From IMG/VR virus record IMGVR_UViG_3300025425_000010, positions 9,748 through 73,747 of that record: a stretch of DNA of 64,000 nt, one strand, 5' to 3'. Made by a program: the position numbers and the translations under genes. The notes under the pieces are model-generated. The model was not told the DNA's origin. It saw nothing but the letters and a program-made list of their open reading frames with translations, and made no database searches. This DNA is from a virus. Of the stretch, positions 1-9,510 are shown one piece after another; position 1 is the stretch's first letter; every line of letters starts with the position of its first letter.

Positions 1-131
1 ACTTGCATCTGTCTTTCTTCAAGAATATAAGGTGTCATTGACCCCTCAATCGAATCTCCAATAGATTCTAGTGTAGTTGTTGGAATGCCTACACTGGTAG
101 CATATTTTTTAAAATCTTTTCCGTAATCCAT
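1..131 (-). CDS. clpP: ATP-dependent Clp protease proteolytic subunit, N-terminal part (runs off the window)
   Basis: Manual translation from ATG at 131: MDYGKDFKKYATSVGIPTTTLESIGDSIEGSMTPYILEERQMQ. This matches the MDYGKxF..YA...SMTPYIxEERQ N-terminus of Bacteroidota ClpP. Confidence 0.75.
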   Translation of the reverse strand, partial: MDYGKDFKKYATSVGIPTTTLESIGDSIEGSMTPYILEERQMQ

Positions 132-154
132 TTAATTTATTTTTAATAGTTCTC

Positions 155-550
155 TCAGTATATTCCGTTTTCATCAAATAGTTTATCTAATTGTTGCCAA
201 TCTACCATTTTAGAGTCAACATGAAACCCATCTCTCAATGGAATACCAGGTGAAATATCATCTATATACATGGAAATCATGTTTTTATGAGGAGTCTTCC
301 ACGGCAAAGGCATTATCTTAGAAGATTGTATAGAATCTAATTTTAAATCATAGTATGGATTTCTTTCAATGAAATATACTGATAATTCAAGAGTCCCATC
401 ATCACAATCGGCTCTATATGTATTCAATACAATAGTGTGTCCGGCATTTTTAAGTTTTTCGACTACATTAAATGATCTAGGGTTTATTTTACCGATTAAT
501 GGATAACAATGTTCTACCAACGTACCATCGAAGTCTAGGTATATTATCAT
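155..550 (-). CDS. HAD-superfamily phosphatase (BT0820-like)
   Basis: N-terminal IYLDFDGT motif I and YIDD motif IV. Confidence 0.75.
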   Translation of the reverse strand: MIIYLDFDGTLVEHCYPLIGKINPRSFNVVEKLKNAGHTIVLNTYRADCDDGTLELSVYFIERNPYYDLKLDSIQSSKIMPLPWKTPHKNMISMYIDDISPGIPLRDGFHVDSKMVDWQQLDKLFDENGIY

Positions 551-582
551 ATAACATTATAGATAGTAACGCCCGATAAGTT

Positions 583-1119
583 TTAAATAAGATTATTAAA
601 TTTAGATTGAATGAATTTTAAATCACTATAGTGTTTACGATTACCAATATCACCAATTATCTTCTTATTTTCCATTATTGATAATGGATTATCAATAACA
701 AGGTCTTTATAGACAATTTTCTCAATTTCAGTTTCTTCAAATATATCTATATGGAAATTTTCAAAGAATTGATACCATTTTGGTATATACATAACAGAAC
801 CCAAATACCCACTGTCGTTTTCTATAAAATCATAACTATCTCTATGTGAGAAGTTGAATTTTTTAATATCAGAATTCATTATATCTAAATCACCAACCGT
901 TCTATCTAAAAGACCGAATAAGTATAATGCCATCGAGCCAGTTATAGCTTTACCATTATGTGTTTCCTTATAAACTTTATACTCTCTGGACTTTTTAAAT
1001 TTCTCATATCTCTCATTTTCAACACCTATCACATATTCACCAAGTGCCAGTTTTATCTTGATATTACGCATGGTCATTTCATATCCACTATCATATTCAT
1101 TATCAGTACTCATAATCAT
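583..1119 (-). CDS. Putative nucleotidyltransferase-fold protein
   Basis: ITGSMAL...GDLDI (GS...DxD) motif. Confidence 0.5.
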   Translation of the reverse strand: MIMSTDNEYDSGYEMTMRNIKIKLALGEYVIGVENERYEKFKKSREYKVYKETHNGKAITGSMALYLFGLLDRTVGDLDIMNSDIKKFNFSHRDSYDFIENDSGYLGSVMYIPKWYQFFENFHIDIFEETEIEKIVYKDLVIDNPLSIMENKKIIGDIGNRKHYSDLKFIQSKFNNLI

Positions 1120-1163
1120 TTATATTGTTCAAGGTATTTATCAAATTCTCTTATTATAAAATA

Positions 1164-1508
1164 TTAGTCGAGTATGTCCTTCAGTTGCATATCTCTAACT
1201 TTCTGTCTTATTACCTCATCACCCAAACCATCTTCTATTAATTTCAAAACTATGTTAAGTTTGTCTTTAACTATTTTATAACGATCCGAATTAATAATTT
1301 GTGACTCAATAGAATTACCCCTCCAAAGAACTTCCATTCGAGTTTCCTGAGCACCATCAACCGGAAAAATTATAGAATTAATATTCTTCATATAGGCATC
1401 CATAAATCCTTTTATTTTTTCCTCGGCTTTAAGACGACCAAGACCATTCACATTTATGTATACGACAAATATTGGTTTTTCTAAATTTAACTCTGTTTCT
1501 TCATTCAT
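1164..1508 (-). CDS. Hypothetical protein with C-terminal RxxxLxxIL tag
   Basis: ORF; ends RDMQLKDILD. Confidence 0.6.
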   Translation of the reverse strand: MNEETELNLEKPIFVVYINVNGLGRLKAEEKIKGFMDAYMKNINSIIFPVDGAQETRMEVLWRGNSIESQIINSDRYKIVKDKLNIVLKLIEDGLGDEVIRQKVRDMQLKDILD

Positions 1509-1722
1509 TTAATATCTCAATTAATTTTTTATTCCTATCACATCTATCAAATAGTATTTTACCGAATAACGTTAGTGATGCATTTGCCTTACTACCAATT
1601 ATTATACCCTTATCGTGTAGTTTATCAGCAATGTCAGGCCACTGTTCTTTCATTTCCATGAAGTTCAAAGTACCATCTATAGATTTTCTAAAAATTTTTA
1701 TATGACGGAACGTAAAACACAC
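1501..1722 (-). CDS. Hypothetical protein with C-terminal tag (start uncertain)
   Basis: Ends RNKKLIEILNE; overlaps the start of the next gene. Confidence 0.5.
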   Translation of the reverse strand: MCFTFRHIKIFRKSIDGTLNFMEMKEQWPDIADKLHDKGIIIGSKANASLTLFGKILFDRCDRNKKLIEILNE

Positions 1723-1929
1723 AAGTCTTTAGCTTGTGTGATGTAAGTGACATAAAAAATAAACAAAAAGGGGAGGATGTTAATATAATATATAATATGT
1801 CTGGGTTGAGGGACCAATTTCGGACTTTAAACAAAAAGGCGTTCTCGTTCAAATCTTTAGTTTGTGTGTAGTTCATATATAGTGATATAATTTTAATTTG
1901 TAAAGGTTTATAAAAAAGTACTAAATAAT

Positions 1930-2199
1930 ATGGATATTAAGAAGTTTAAACAGTTTTTCGAAGACGGTGACGGTGGTGGCGGTGATGGGGGTGGTGTTGG
2001 TATGGCCAATGCTACAACTGCTGGTATGGGCCCTATTGTATCAGCACAGCCAGGTACACTTCCCGGAACAACTGGAACGGAAGGATCAGGTGATATAGGA
2101 GTAACATTTAAGAAAAAGAAGAGAAAAAAGGGTGATGTTGGTGAAGTTTCTGATTTAAGAGATTTAAAGGATGAGGAAGGTATTGAGGAAGTAGATTAA
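1930..2199 (+). CDS. Gly-rich small protein with capsid-targeting-like leader
   Basis: MDIKKFKQFFED leader, low-complexity body. Confidence 0.6.
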   Translation: MDIKKFKQFFEDGDGGGGDGGGVGMANATTAGMGPIVSAQPGTLPGTTGTEGSGDIGVTFKKKKRKKGDVGEVSDLRDLKDEEGIEEVD

Positions 2200-2208
2200 A
2201 CGAAAGAA

Positions 2209-2271
2209 ATGAAACATTTAAAGAAATTTAACGAAACGAATATTGTTATGAGTGTGGATTATCTCCGATAA
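2209..2271 (+). pseudogene. Leader-only remnant or micro-ORF (MKHLKKFNETNIVMSVDYLR)
   Basis: Manual translation; carries the MKHLKKFNE leader, then stops after 20 aa. Confidence 0.4.
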
Positions 2272-2303
2272 TAGGTTATGTATTTGGATAAAGTTGGTTT
2301 ATC

Positions 2304-2966
2304 TCAGAAACACTTGATTCCGGGAATTTTCAATTCTTCACCCAATATAAGTAACATTCGGATAGAATATTGTACAATGCCAAGGTCGTGTGTGAATGGG
2401 AAGTGTCCATCACATCCATCATATACAGGTGAGTATGATGAGACCTCTTTATCATTTATATCAGATATGAGTCTTTGTAATGTTGGTCTTTCACAAACAG
2501 TGTGTTTGCCAATTTTCTGTGGATGTTTGGTAACGTCAGTGAATGTATTAGTAACCAATCCTGCTTTAGTTGCTATACTCTCACCATCTTTCAATCCCCA
2601 TGATTTTGTTATACACTCAACATCAAGTTCTGAATAAGTTCTATATATTCTCACACCAGGACGTACCTCATTACGATATTTATCAACATATTTCTTTTCA
2701 TTGAAGAATATAACGAAGTCAGCGTTTTCGGCCTGTATGTATATTATTTTACCTCTTTTACATCCATCAACTACACCAGCAGTTGCATTATGTAATTCCA
2801 GTGTCGTTTTGTAATTTTCTTGACGGGTTTTGTTTGGATCAAAAACATATCCGGCTTTTTTTAAAATTGCATGAATATCTCCCAGAGAATCTGTTATCTC
2901 TTTTACTTGTTTTTTCAAACTGTTGTGAAATATTCGGATTGTTCTTTCTATGTCGTAATAGTCCAT
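2304..2966 (-). CDS. Hypothetical protein
   Basis: 220-aa ORF directly behind a TACATTTG promoter element (2971-2978). Confidence 0.65.
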   Translation of the reverse strand: MDYYDIERTIRIFHNSLKKQVKEITDSLGDIHAILKKAGYVFDPNKTRQENYKTTLELHNATAGVVDGCKRGKIIYIQAENADFVIFFNEKKYVDKYRNEVRPGVRIYRTYSELDVECITKSWGLKDGESIATKAGLVTNTFTDVTKHPQKIGKHTVCERPTLQRLISDINDKEVSSYSPVYDGCDGHFPFTHDLGIVQYSIRMLLILGEELKIPGIKCF

Positions 2967-2986
2967 ATATCAAATGTACGAATAAT

Positions 2987-3910
2987 TTATGTAATATACC
3001 AACCAACTTTGGCATCTTGATTTATTCTGAAATAGTCGGCTAGTAACGGAATCTCCTCACTATCAATTTTATCATTAAATTTCTCACAATCACTACTTAT
3101 TATAACAGCTTTACTCCCATCACCAAGTATAACCATCTTATCGAATGACCTATCACTAACCATGTAAGAGTATAATATCTTAACTATTTCCTTTCTAAGT
3201 TTGTGAAAGTCTAAATAGGCAAAATCAAATAGGTGTTCTACATCGTGTCTATTATCATCAAGAGCTCTTAAATAATCACCAATGAATAATTTTCGATCTT
3301 CCAATGAAAGTTTCATAAGTTCTTCTTGCCAGTGTTCTTGGTGTCGGGCCTTTTCTAACTCAACGGCTGGGATATTTACTTTATGTGCTATGTTTGGTTT
3401 GAGCCCATATTGTAAAACCAGTTTATTAGTTCGTCTTAGGAATTCGGTACCAGTTACTTTACCATTTATCCTGACCTCTTGGCCTTTTATCTCAACGTTT
3501 TCACCATCTATAAGTAAATCGCCTCGTGAGGCTTTATATATCAGTGGTGATATGAAGATGAACATTAACTCACCCTCACCAGAAGCTGAGTTAGGTGTTC
3601 CTAATCCAACACTCCTCAATCTCCAAAGTGATTTAGTAAAATCTATCCACTTGGGTGTTATGTAATCATCTATATTCCCGCCTTCTTTGAAAAATGATAT
3701 ATCGAAAACTTTATTGTTTTCTACATCAGATATGAAGTTTTTTATTTGAAATAGTGTATCTTCTGATACTTCGCCATAAAACCTTACTATGGATCCAATT
3801 AAGGAATCTATTATACTATCTTTCTTCTTTTCATGTGAAACTTCTTTTAATATCGACATATTGTAACAGTGTTCGAGAAGAGTATTTTCAAGTTCTTTTA
3901 CTATATTCAT
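2987..3910 (-). CDS. Putative PD-(D/E)xK nuclease-fold protein
   Basis: GEGE....RGDLLIDGENVEIKG motif. Confidence 0.5.
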   Translation of the reverse strand: MNIVKELENTLLEHCYNMSILKEVSHEKKKDSIIDSLIGSIVRFYGEVSEDTLFQIKNFISDVENNKVFDISFFKEGGNIDDYITPKWIDFTKSLWRLRSVGLGTPNSASGEGELMFIFISPLIYKASRGDLLIDGENVEIKGQEVRINGKVTGTEFLRRTNKLVLQYGLKPNIAHKVNIPAVELEKARHQEHWQEELMKLSLEDRKLFIGDYLRALDDNRHDVEHLFDFAYLDFHKLRKEIVKILYSYMVSDRSFDKMVILGDGSKAVIISSDCEKFNDKIDSEEIPLLADYFRINQDAKVGWYIT

Positions 3911-4256
3911 ATAAATCTCCGAGTGTAGGCTTAGTTTCTTTTTCTACTCCCAACACTCTTTCTATCTGTTTTTTTCGAAAAGTTTGCTTATCGTATATAG
4001 AATCCATATCAATCTCTGATAACCTAGGGTGTCTTGGGTTCCGCAATCGTCTTCCTCCCCATTTATCATTTTCGTATGATGGACTAATATTTTTATCAAC
4101 ATATTTATATCTAATTTCACGACAAAGTGAATCGTTTTCATCATCTAAAGACCAAGCCGCATAATCATAAGGACCATCACGATAACCATCATATATATTA
4201 CCGTATTCGTCTATTCCCTCGTCAATAATTTCACGGATTTTCACTTTATACTTCAT
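3888..4256 (-). CDS. Hypothetical protein with near-C-terminal tag
   Basis: RKKQIERVL near the end; TATATTTG promoter element at 4265-4272. Confidence 0.55.
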   Translation of the reverse strand: MKYKVKIREIIDEGIDEYGNIYDGYRDGPYDYAAWSLDDENDSLCREIRYKYVDKNISPSYENDKWGGRRLRNPRHPRLSEIDMDSIYDKQTFRKKQIERVLGVEKETKPTLGDLYEYSKRT

Positions 4257-4310
4257 AATAAATACAAATATAAATAAAACATTTGACTTATATATTTAAA
4301 TATATAGTAT

Positions 4311-5214
4311 ATGTTGTATAATTACAAACAATTCATAAATGAGTCCAGACAAGATATAGATTCTATATGTCAGAAGTATGGTATAAAGAACTACACGATT
4401 AATGAGGATGGATCAATTGATGTTGACGGAGATGTTAATATACCTAATTGGGAATTGGTAGAATTACCCATCAAATTTGGAAATGTTAGTGGTGGTTTCA
4501 ATTGTTCTAATAATAAATTGGTTTTGTTAGAGGGTGCTCCATCTAGTGTTGATGGTGCTTTTTAGTTGTTATAATAATGAATTGACTTCGTTAGAGGGTT
4601 GTCCATCTAGTGTAGGTGGTGGTTTCTTTTGTTCTCGTAATAAATTGATTTTGTTAGAGGGAGCTCCATCTAGTGTTGATGGTGATTTCTATTGTTATAA
4701 TAATGAATTAACTTCGTTAGAGGGAGGACCATCAACTGTAGGTGGTGATTTCCATTGTTCTGATAATGAATTGACTTCGTTAGAGGGAGGACCATCAACT
4801 GTTGGTGGTAATTTCTATTGTTCTGGTAATAAATTAACTTCGTTAGAGGGAGCTCCATCTAGTGTTGATGGTCATTTCGGTTGTGCTTATAATAAATTGA
4901 CTTCGTTAGAGGGAGGACCATCAACTGTTGGTGGTGATTTCCTTTGTTCTGATAATAAATTAATCACATTAGAAGGATTCCCAACCTTGTTTAGACTAAC
5001 AACAAAAATTAATATTTCTCATAACCCAGTTAGAGAGGTGTATGAATTGTTCAGTGATTTGAAGGCAATTGAATATATGAACGAGACTGGTTGTATAAAT
5101 ACTGACACAATGGAGGTATATTACATTGCTCTATTGGATGTTTGGGAATACAGCGGTATGGAAATAGTAAAACCAGAGAATATTAAACTTAGACATTATA
5201 CATTGGTCTATTAA
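4311..5214 (+). pseudogene. LRR-like repeat protein, copy 1 (frameshifted at about 4559-4563)
   Basis: ORFs 4311-4565 and 4534-5214 join if one T is removed from the T5 run in GCTTTTTAG. Seven 21-aa repeats. N- and C-caps are homologous to copy 3. Confidence 0.75.
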
Positions 5215-6580
5215 TATATAGTGTATGTTATATAAGTATAGAGAATTCATAAATGAGTCCAGACAGGATATAGATTCTATTTGTCAGAAGTATAATATAA
5301 TAAACTATACAGTTAATGAGGATGGATCCATTGATGTTGATGGAAATGTTGATTTATCTAATCGGGAATTGATAGAATTACCGCTTAGATTTAGAAATGT
5401 TGGTGGTAATTTCGATTGTTCTGATAATAAATTGACTTCGTTGGAGGGAGCTCCAACATCTGTTGATGGTAATTTCTATTGTTCTGATAATGAATTGACT
5501 TCGTTGGAGGGAGCTCCATCTAGTGTTGATGGTGCTTTCGATTGTTCTGATAATGAATTGACTTCGTTAGAGGGAGGTCCATCTAGTGTTGGTGGTAATT
5601 TCAATTGTTATAATAATGGATTGACTTCGTTGGATGGTTGCCCATCTAGTGTTGATGGTGATTTCGATTGTTCTGGTAATAAATTGACTTCGTTGGAGGG
5701 AACATTGGTCTATTAATATATAGTGTATGTTATATAAGTATAGAGAATTCATAAATGAGTCCAGACAGGATATAGATTCTATTTGTCAGAAGTATAATAT
5801 AAAGAACTACATAATAAATGAAGATGGATCAATTGATGTTGACGGAGATGTTGATTTATCTAATCGGGAATTGATAGAATTACCGCTTAAATTTAGAAAT
5901 GTTAGTGGTTATTTCTATTGTCGAAATAATAAATTGACTTCGTTGGAGGGAGCTCCAACATCTGTTGATGGTAATTTCTATTGTTATAGGAATAAATTGA
6001 CTTCGTTGGAAGGAGCTCCATCTAGTGTTGGTGGTGATTTCAATTGTTCTGGTAATGGATTGACTTCGTTGGAGGGTTGTCCATCTAGTGTTGATGGTAA
6101 TTTCGATTGTTCTGATAATGAATTGACTTCGTTAGAGGGAGGTCCATCTAGTGTTGGTGGTAATTTCAATTGTTATAATAATGGATTGACTTCGTTGGAT
6201 GGTTGCCCATCTAGTGTTGGTGGTGATTTCAATTGTTCTGGTAATGGATTGACTTCGTTGGAGGGTTGTCCATCTAGTGTTAGTGGTGATTTTAGTTGTT
6301 TTTTCAATAAATTGACTTCGTTGGAGGGAGCTCCATCTACTGTTGATGGTAATTTCTATTGTTATAATAATGGATTGACTTCGTTGGAGGGAGCTCCATC
6401 TAGTGTTGGTGGTGATTTCTATTGTCGAAATAATGAATTGACTTCGTTGGAGGGAGCTCCATCTAGTGTTGATGGTAATTTCAATTGTTCTGATAATGAA
6501 TTGACTTCGTTAGAGGGAGGTCCATCTAGTGTTGGTGGTGATTTCTATTGTTCTGGTAATAAATTGACTTCGTTGGAGGG
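4500..6580 (+). repeat. 63-bp coding tandem repeats; exact 101-bp repeat (5200-5300 = 5702-5802) and exact 119-bp repeat (5536-5654 = 6101-6219)
   Basis: Direct sequence comparison. Confidence 0.9.
5225..5716 (+). CDS. LRR-like repeat protein, copy 2 (C-cap deleted)
   Basis: Four full 21-aa LTSLEGxPSSVxGxFxCxxN repeats, then jumps straight to the terminal TLVY. Confidence 0.75.
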   Translation: MLYKYREFINESRQDIDSICQKYNIINYTVNEDGSIDVDGNVDLSNRELIELPLRFRNVGGNFDCSDNKLTSLEGAPTSVDGNFYCSDNELTSLEGAPSSVDGAFDCSDNELTSLEGGPSSVGGNFNCYNNGLTSLDGCPSSVDGDFDCSGNKLTSLEGTLVY

Positions 6581-6818
6581 ATTCCCAACCTTATTTAGAC
6601 CAACAATGGTAATTGATATTTCTGATAGCCCAGTTAAGGAGGTGTATGATTTATTTAGTGATTTGAAGGCAATTGAATATATAAACGAGACTGGTTGTAT
6701 AAATAAAGATACGATGGAGGTATATTACATTGCTCTATTGGATGTTTGGGAATACAGCGGTATGGAAATAGTAAAACCAGAGAATATTAAACTAGAACAT
6801 TACACACTGGTTGTGTAG
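5727..6818 (+). CDS. LRR-like repeat protein, copy 3 (intact)
   Basis: MLYKYREFINES leader, ten full 21-aa repeats, C-cap. Confidence 0.85.
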   Translation: MLYKYREFINESRQDIDSICQKYNIKNYIINEDGSIDVDGDVDLSNRELIELPLKFRNVSGYFYCRNNKLTSLEGAPTSVDGNFYCYRNKLTSLEGAPSSVGGDFNCSGNGLTSLEGCPSSVDGNFDCSDNELTSLEGGPSSVGGNFNCYNNGLTSLDGCPSSVGGDFNCSGNGLTSLEGCPSSVSGDFSCFFNKLTSLEGAPSTVDGNFYCYNNGLTSLEGAPSSVGGDFYCRNNELTSLEGAPSSVDGNFNCSDNELTSLEGGPSSVGGDFYCSGNKLTSLEGFPTLFRPTMVIDISDSPVKEVYDLFSDLKAIEYINETGCINKDTMEVYYIALLDVWEYSGMEIVKPENIKLEHYTLVV

Positions 6819-6819
6819 A

Positions 6820-7170
6820 TTAGTGATCTAAGTATATCATATACTTCTCCTCATCATTCAAATTTATCTGTAATGTTTCTTCCTTGTGTCCAGTAGTGAA
6901 TCTAATAACTACGAGGTTCATGATACCAACATCTTTATCGGTTTCTCCTAGGATATCATCCAATAGAACACTTCGTACATCTGTCTTACTCATTTTAGGA
7001 CCCACTTCAATAGTTAATTCTATATCAATATTAATCCTCTTATCTACGAATGTGTGTATAAGGTTTGTGTACATAGACTCGTTACGTCTCTGTGTCTTAT
7101 ATAGAAATAGTGAGAATATAACTAATCGTTTAATGTAGTTATGTCTAATTAGTTGAAAATTTAAATTCAT
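6820..7170 (-). CDS. Hypothetical protein
   Basis: ORF; internal RSVLLDDIL tag-like segment. Confidence 0.45.
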   Translation of the reverse strand: MNLNFQLIRHNYIKRLVIFSLFLYKTQRRNESMYTNLIHTFVDKRINIDIELTIEVGPKMSKTDVRSVLLDDILGETDKDVGIMNLVVIRFTTGHKEETLQINLNDEEKYMIYLDH

Positions 7171-7208
7171 ATTACATATATTAAATTAATGATCCGTACA
7201 TTACCAAG

Positions 7209-7565
7209 ATGGGTATGTGTATAATAGATATAATTAATAAAGTAATATACACACTCTTTGTGGCTGTGGGTGGTAATTTTTATTTGAATTGGCTGCTGGT
7301 AACTAACCCAACATCAAAAAATCCACTTATTAAGTGGTGTTGGGGTGTTATGTGTTGTAACAGCACATGGAATGTTAGAGATAGATATATTGATGCTTAT
7401 GTTTATGGTGTAATACACATAATAGGATGTGTTTTTATGATTTATTCTGGTGGGTTTTGGACAATTTGTAATTTCGTTATAAATGTCTATCCAATACTAG
7501 TTCAGTTATATATAGGTTTCAGATGTTATCGAATAATGCAGTATAAGAAATTACGATCTAAGTAA
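7209..7565 (+). CDS. Hypothetical membrane protein
   Basis: Hydrophobic segments. Confidence 0.55.
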   Translation: MGMCIIDIINKVIYTLFVAVGGNFYLNWLLVTNPTSKNPLIKWCWGVMCCNSTWNVRDRYIDAYVYGVIHIIGCVFMIYSGGFWTICNFVINVYPILVQLYIGFRCYRIMQYKKLRSK

Positions 7566-7796
7566 TTTCTTCAACCTGAGTTCACGTATCTCTTCCTTAT
7601 TCATCAATTTCTTATAAGTTTCTGAACAAACAGGACATGTCGATTTCTTTCGGTGTCTATTGGATCGATTTCGATAAATGTCTGATACATCCCTAAGACA
7701 TTCTGGACAGAACTTATTATCGGGATTCGTTAATATTGGTAGTGTTGTCCAAGTATAATTGATACCAAAGTGCCTTTCGAAAATTTTATAATCCAT
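7551..7796 (-). CDS. Zn-ribbon small protein with C-terminal tag
   Basis: CPEC and CPVC; ends RELRLKKLLRS. Confidence 0.65.
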   Translation of the reverse strand: MDYKIFERHFGINYTWTTLPILTNPDNKFCPECLRDVSDIYRNRSNRHRKKSTCPVCSETYKKLMNKEEIRELRLKKLLRS

Positions 7797-7798
7797 TT

Positions 7799-7996
7799 TT
7801 ATTTCTTTAATATTGTTTTTAGTTTTAAATCTCTTACTTCGGATTTTATTAATGTGTCTCCTTTGTTAAAATATTTCCGACAGTCCAGACACTGGTAATC
7901 CGAAACCATAGAGTATTGATTAAATGACACCACCAAACTATCACGGTAACAATGAGGACAATATCTATCTTCTGTACTTAGTGTTTTTGTAATCAT
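7799..7996 (-). CDS. Zn-ribbon small protein with C-terminal tag
   Basis: CPHC and CLDC; ends RDLKLKTILKK. Confidence 0.65.
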   Translation of the reverse strand: MITKTLSTEDRYCPHCYRDSLVVSFNQYSMVSDYQCLDCRKYFNKGDTLIKSEVRDLKLKTILKK

Positions 7997-8208
7997 GTCA
8001 ATAGTTCCTTTAACTTGAATTCTCTCACAGTAGCTTTAGTTAATGATTTATATATGGGAAAACTTATTGAGCAATCCATACACACATAAGCACTAAACAA
8101 AGTGAATCCACCATATTCACTAGTTAGGTTATTACTATAACACTCTGGACAATATCTAGATTTCCTTTTATCATCTAAATCACCTTCTGGATATATTCTT
8201 CCACTCAT
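7993..8208 (-). CDS. Zn-ribbon small protein with C-terminal tag
   Basis: CPEC and CMDC; ends REFKLKELLT. Confidence 0.65.
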   Translation of the reverse strand: MSGRIYPEGDLDDKRKSRYCPECYSNNLTSEYGGFTLFSAYVCMDCSISFPIYKSLTKATVREFKLKELLT

Positions 8209-8215
8209 AGGTTTA

Positions 8216-8404
8216 TTACATTCTGTCTAATATAGTAATGGCAATGAAGAAAAAACCAACAACTATTGTAAATATTGATGCTGATATAAAAGCCAATCGG
8301 AAGGTGGCGTATGCATATCCAAAAGGAAGACCTATAAGTGTGAATATAAGGAAAAATATCACATATATTGAGATAATTCGTAATGTATTTCTTAGTCGTT
8401 TCAT
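8216..8404 (-). CDS. Small two-TM membrane protein
   Basis: Two hydrophobic helices. Confidence 0.55.
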   Translation of the reverse strand: MKRLRNTLRIISIYVIFFLIFTLIGLPFGYAYATFRLAFISASIFTIVVGFFFIAITILDRM

Positions 8405-8922
8405 AGTTTTGTTTTTATTACTTTTAATATCGTATCTATATCATATGGGCTTGTCAAGACTGTGTGATCTATATTATTCTCTGATAATAAACTCTCATAT
8501 ATTTGATCCACTTTTTTAGCATTTTCTAAGGTTTGTGTTCGGCCATTCTGAACATACTCGAAGCTTCTCTCTAGATAGAAAGCCAAATTATTCATTTTAT
8601 TATACTCACACAAGACAAGATCTGTGAAATATGGATTGTTTCCGTTGTAATAGACAATAGAATTTAATAAAGGTGAGTCAGTTATTATGACATCGACTTT
8701 ATCAATTAATCGATGTGTTCGTTGATGTTGTTTTCCGAAGATATATAGTTGGTTTTCAATCTTTTTAAAAGACTCCTCCCATACTACTTCTTTGACATAC
8801 TCCGGTGCCATCTCAACATCGATTCCGTCCATTTTCATTCTAGCAAATAGATTTGCACATAGTGTTGATTTTCCAGTACCTGGACCACCGAATAAGCTGA
8901 TAATAAGTGTTTTTTCATTCAT
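8401..8922 (-). CDS. P-loop kinase/ATPase (AAA_28, NadR-like)
   Basis: GGPGTGKST Walker A and IITDSPLL. Confidence 0.75.
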   Translation of the reverse strand: MNEKTLIISLFGGPGTGKSTLCANLFARMKMDGIDVEMAPEYVKEVVWEESFKKIENQLYIFGKQHQRTHRLIDKVDVIITDSPLLNSIVYYNGNNPYFTDLVLCEYNKMNNLAFYLERSFEYVQNGRTQTLENAKKVDQIYESLLSENNIDHTVLTSPYDIDTILKVIKTKL

Positions 8923-9078
8923 ATACTATATATACGATAAATAATGGCATAAGATTTTAAAAAACTGAAAAATTATATTTCCGGAAGGTGATTTCATTTA
9001 AATTATCAAGAAATATAGTAAAAATATACTAGAGACTGTGTGTTTACTTATATATACATGTAAATAAATGTACCTATT

Positions 9079-9243
9079 ATGAAGAATAAGTTATTAAATG
9101 TAAGAATACCTGAGAAGTTGTTAAATGACTATAAAGAGTTTTGTGAGGAGAATACTTTCACGATGTCTAAGAGAATTCGTAAATTGATGGAGAATGATAT
9201 TAATAAGTGGAAGGAATATAGAGCGGCTAAACTACTTAAGTAA
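9079..9243 (+). CDS. Ribbon-helix-helix DNA-binding protein (not in ORF track)
   Basis: Manual translation MKNKLLNVRIPEKLLNDYKEFCEENTFTMSKRIRKLMEND..., an RHH pattern. Confidence 0.65.
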   Translation: MKNKLLNVRIPEKLLNDYKEFCEENTFTMSKRIRKLMENDINKWKEYRAAKLLK

Positions 9244-9510
9244 TTTTTCCAATTTTTTGTTACGAAATTCAGATTCACTCAACAGTTCGTCTTCATATAC
9301 AAATTTTGAATTAGTTGATGTATTGTCTATGGGTATGATGTGATATTCACAACATTTATCACCGGGGTAACATTGAGCACTATGTATGGTATATTTAAAA
9401 CCACGATAAAAAACCACGGACTTTATTCCGAATTTAACACTAACATACGATTTTTCATACTCTTCATCACTACCTCCCGTACCAATAAATTTCCTTTGTA
9501 ACCAACTCAC
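9232..9510 (-). CDS. Hypothetical protein with C-terminal tag
   Basis: Ends RNKKLEKLLK; related to 10114-10344 (EY.I...KFVYE.E). Confidence 0.6.
   Translation of the reverse strand: MSWLQRKFIGTGGSDEEYEKSYVSVKFGIKSVVFYRGFKYTIHSAQCYPGDKCCEYHIIPIDNTSTNSKFVYEDELLSESEFRNKKLEKLLK

Noticed and set aside
4500-6580. Regular 63-bp repeats as a CRISPR array
   Set aside because: The repeats are in-frame coding units with no unique spacers, and no cas genes are in the window.
4311-6818. Diversity-generating retroelement
   Set aside because: No reverse transcriptase or non-coding template repeat in the window. Some variants (CGA, GCT, AGG, TTC) are not A-only changes.
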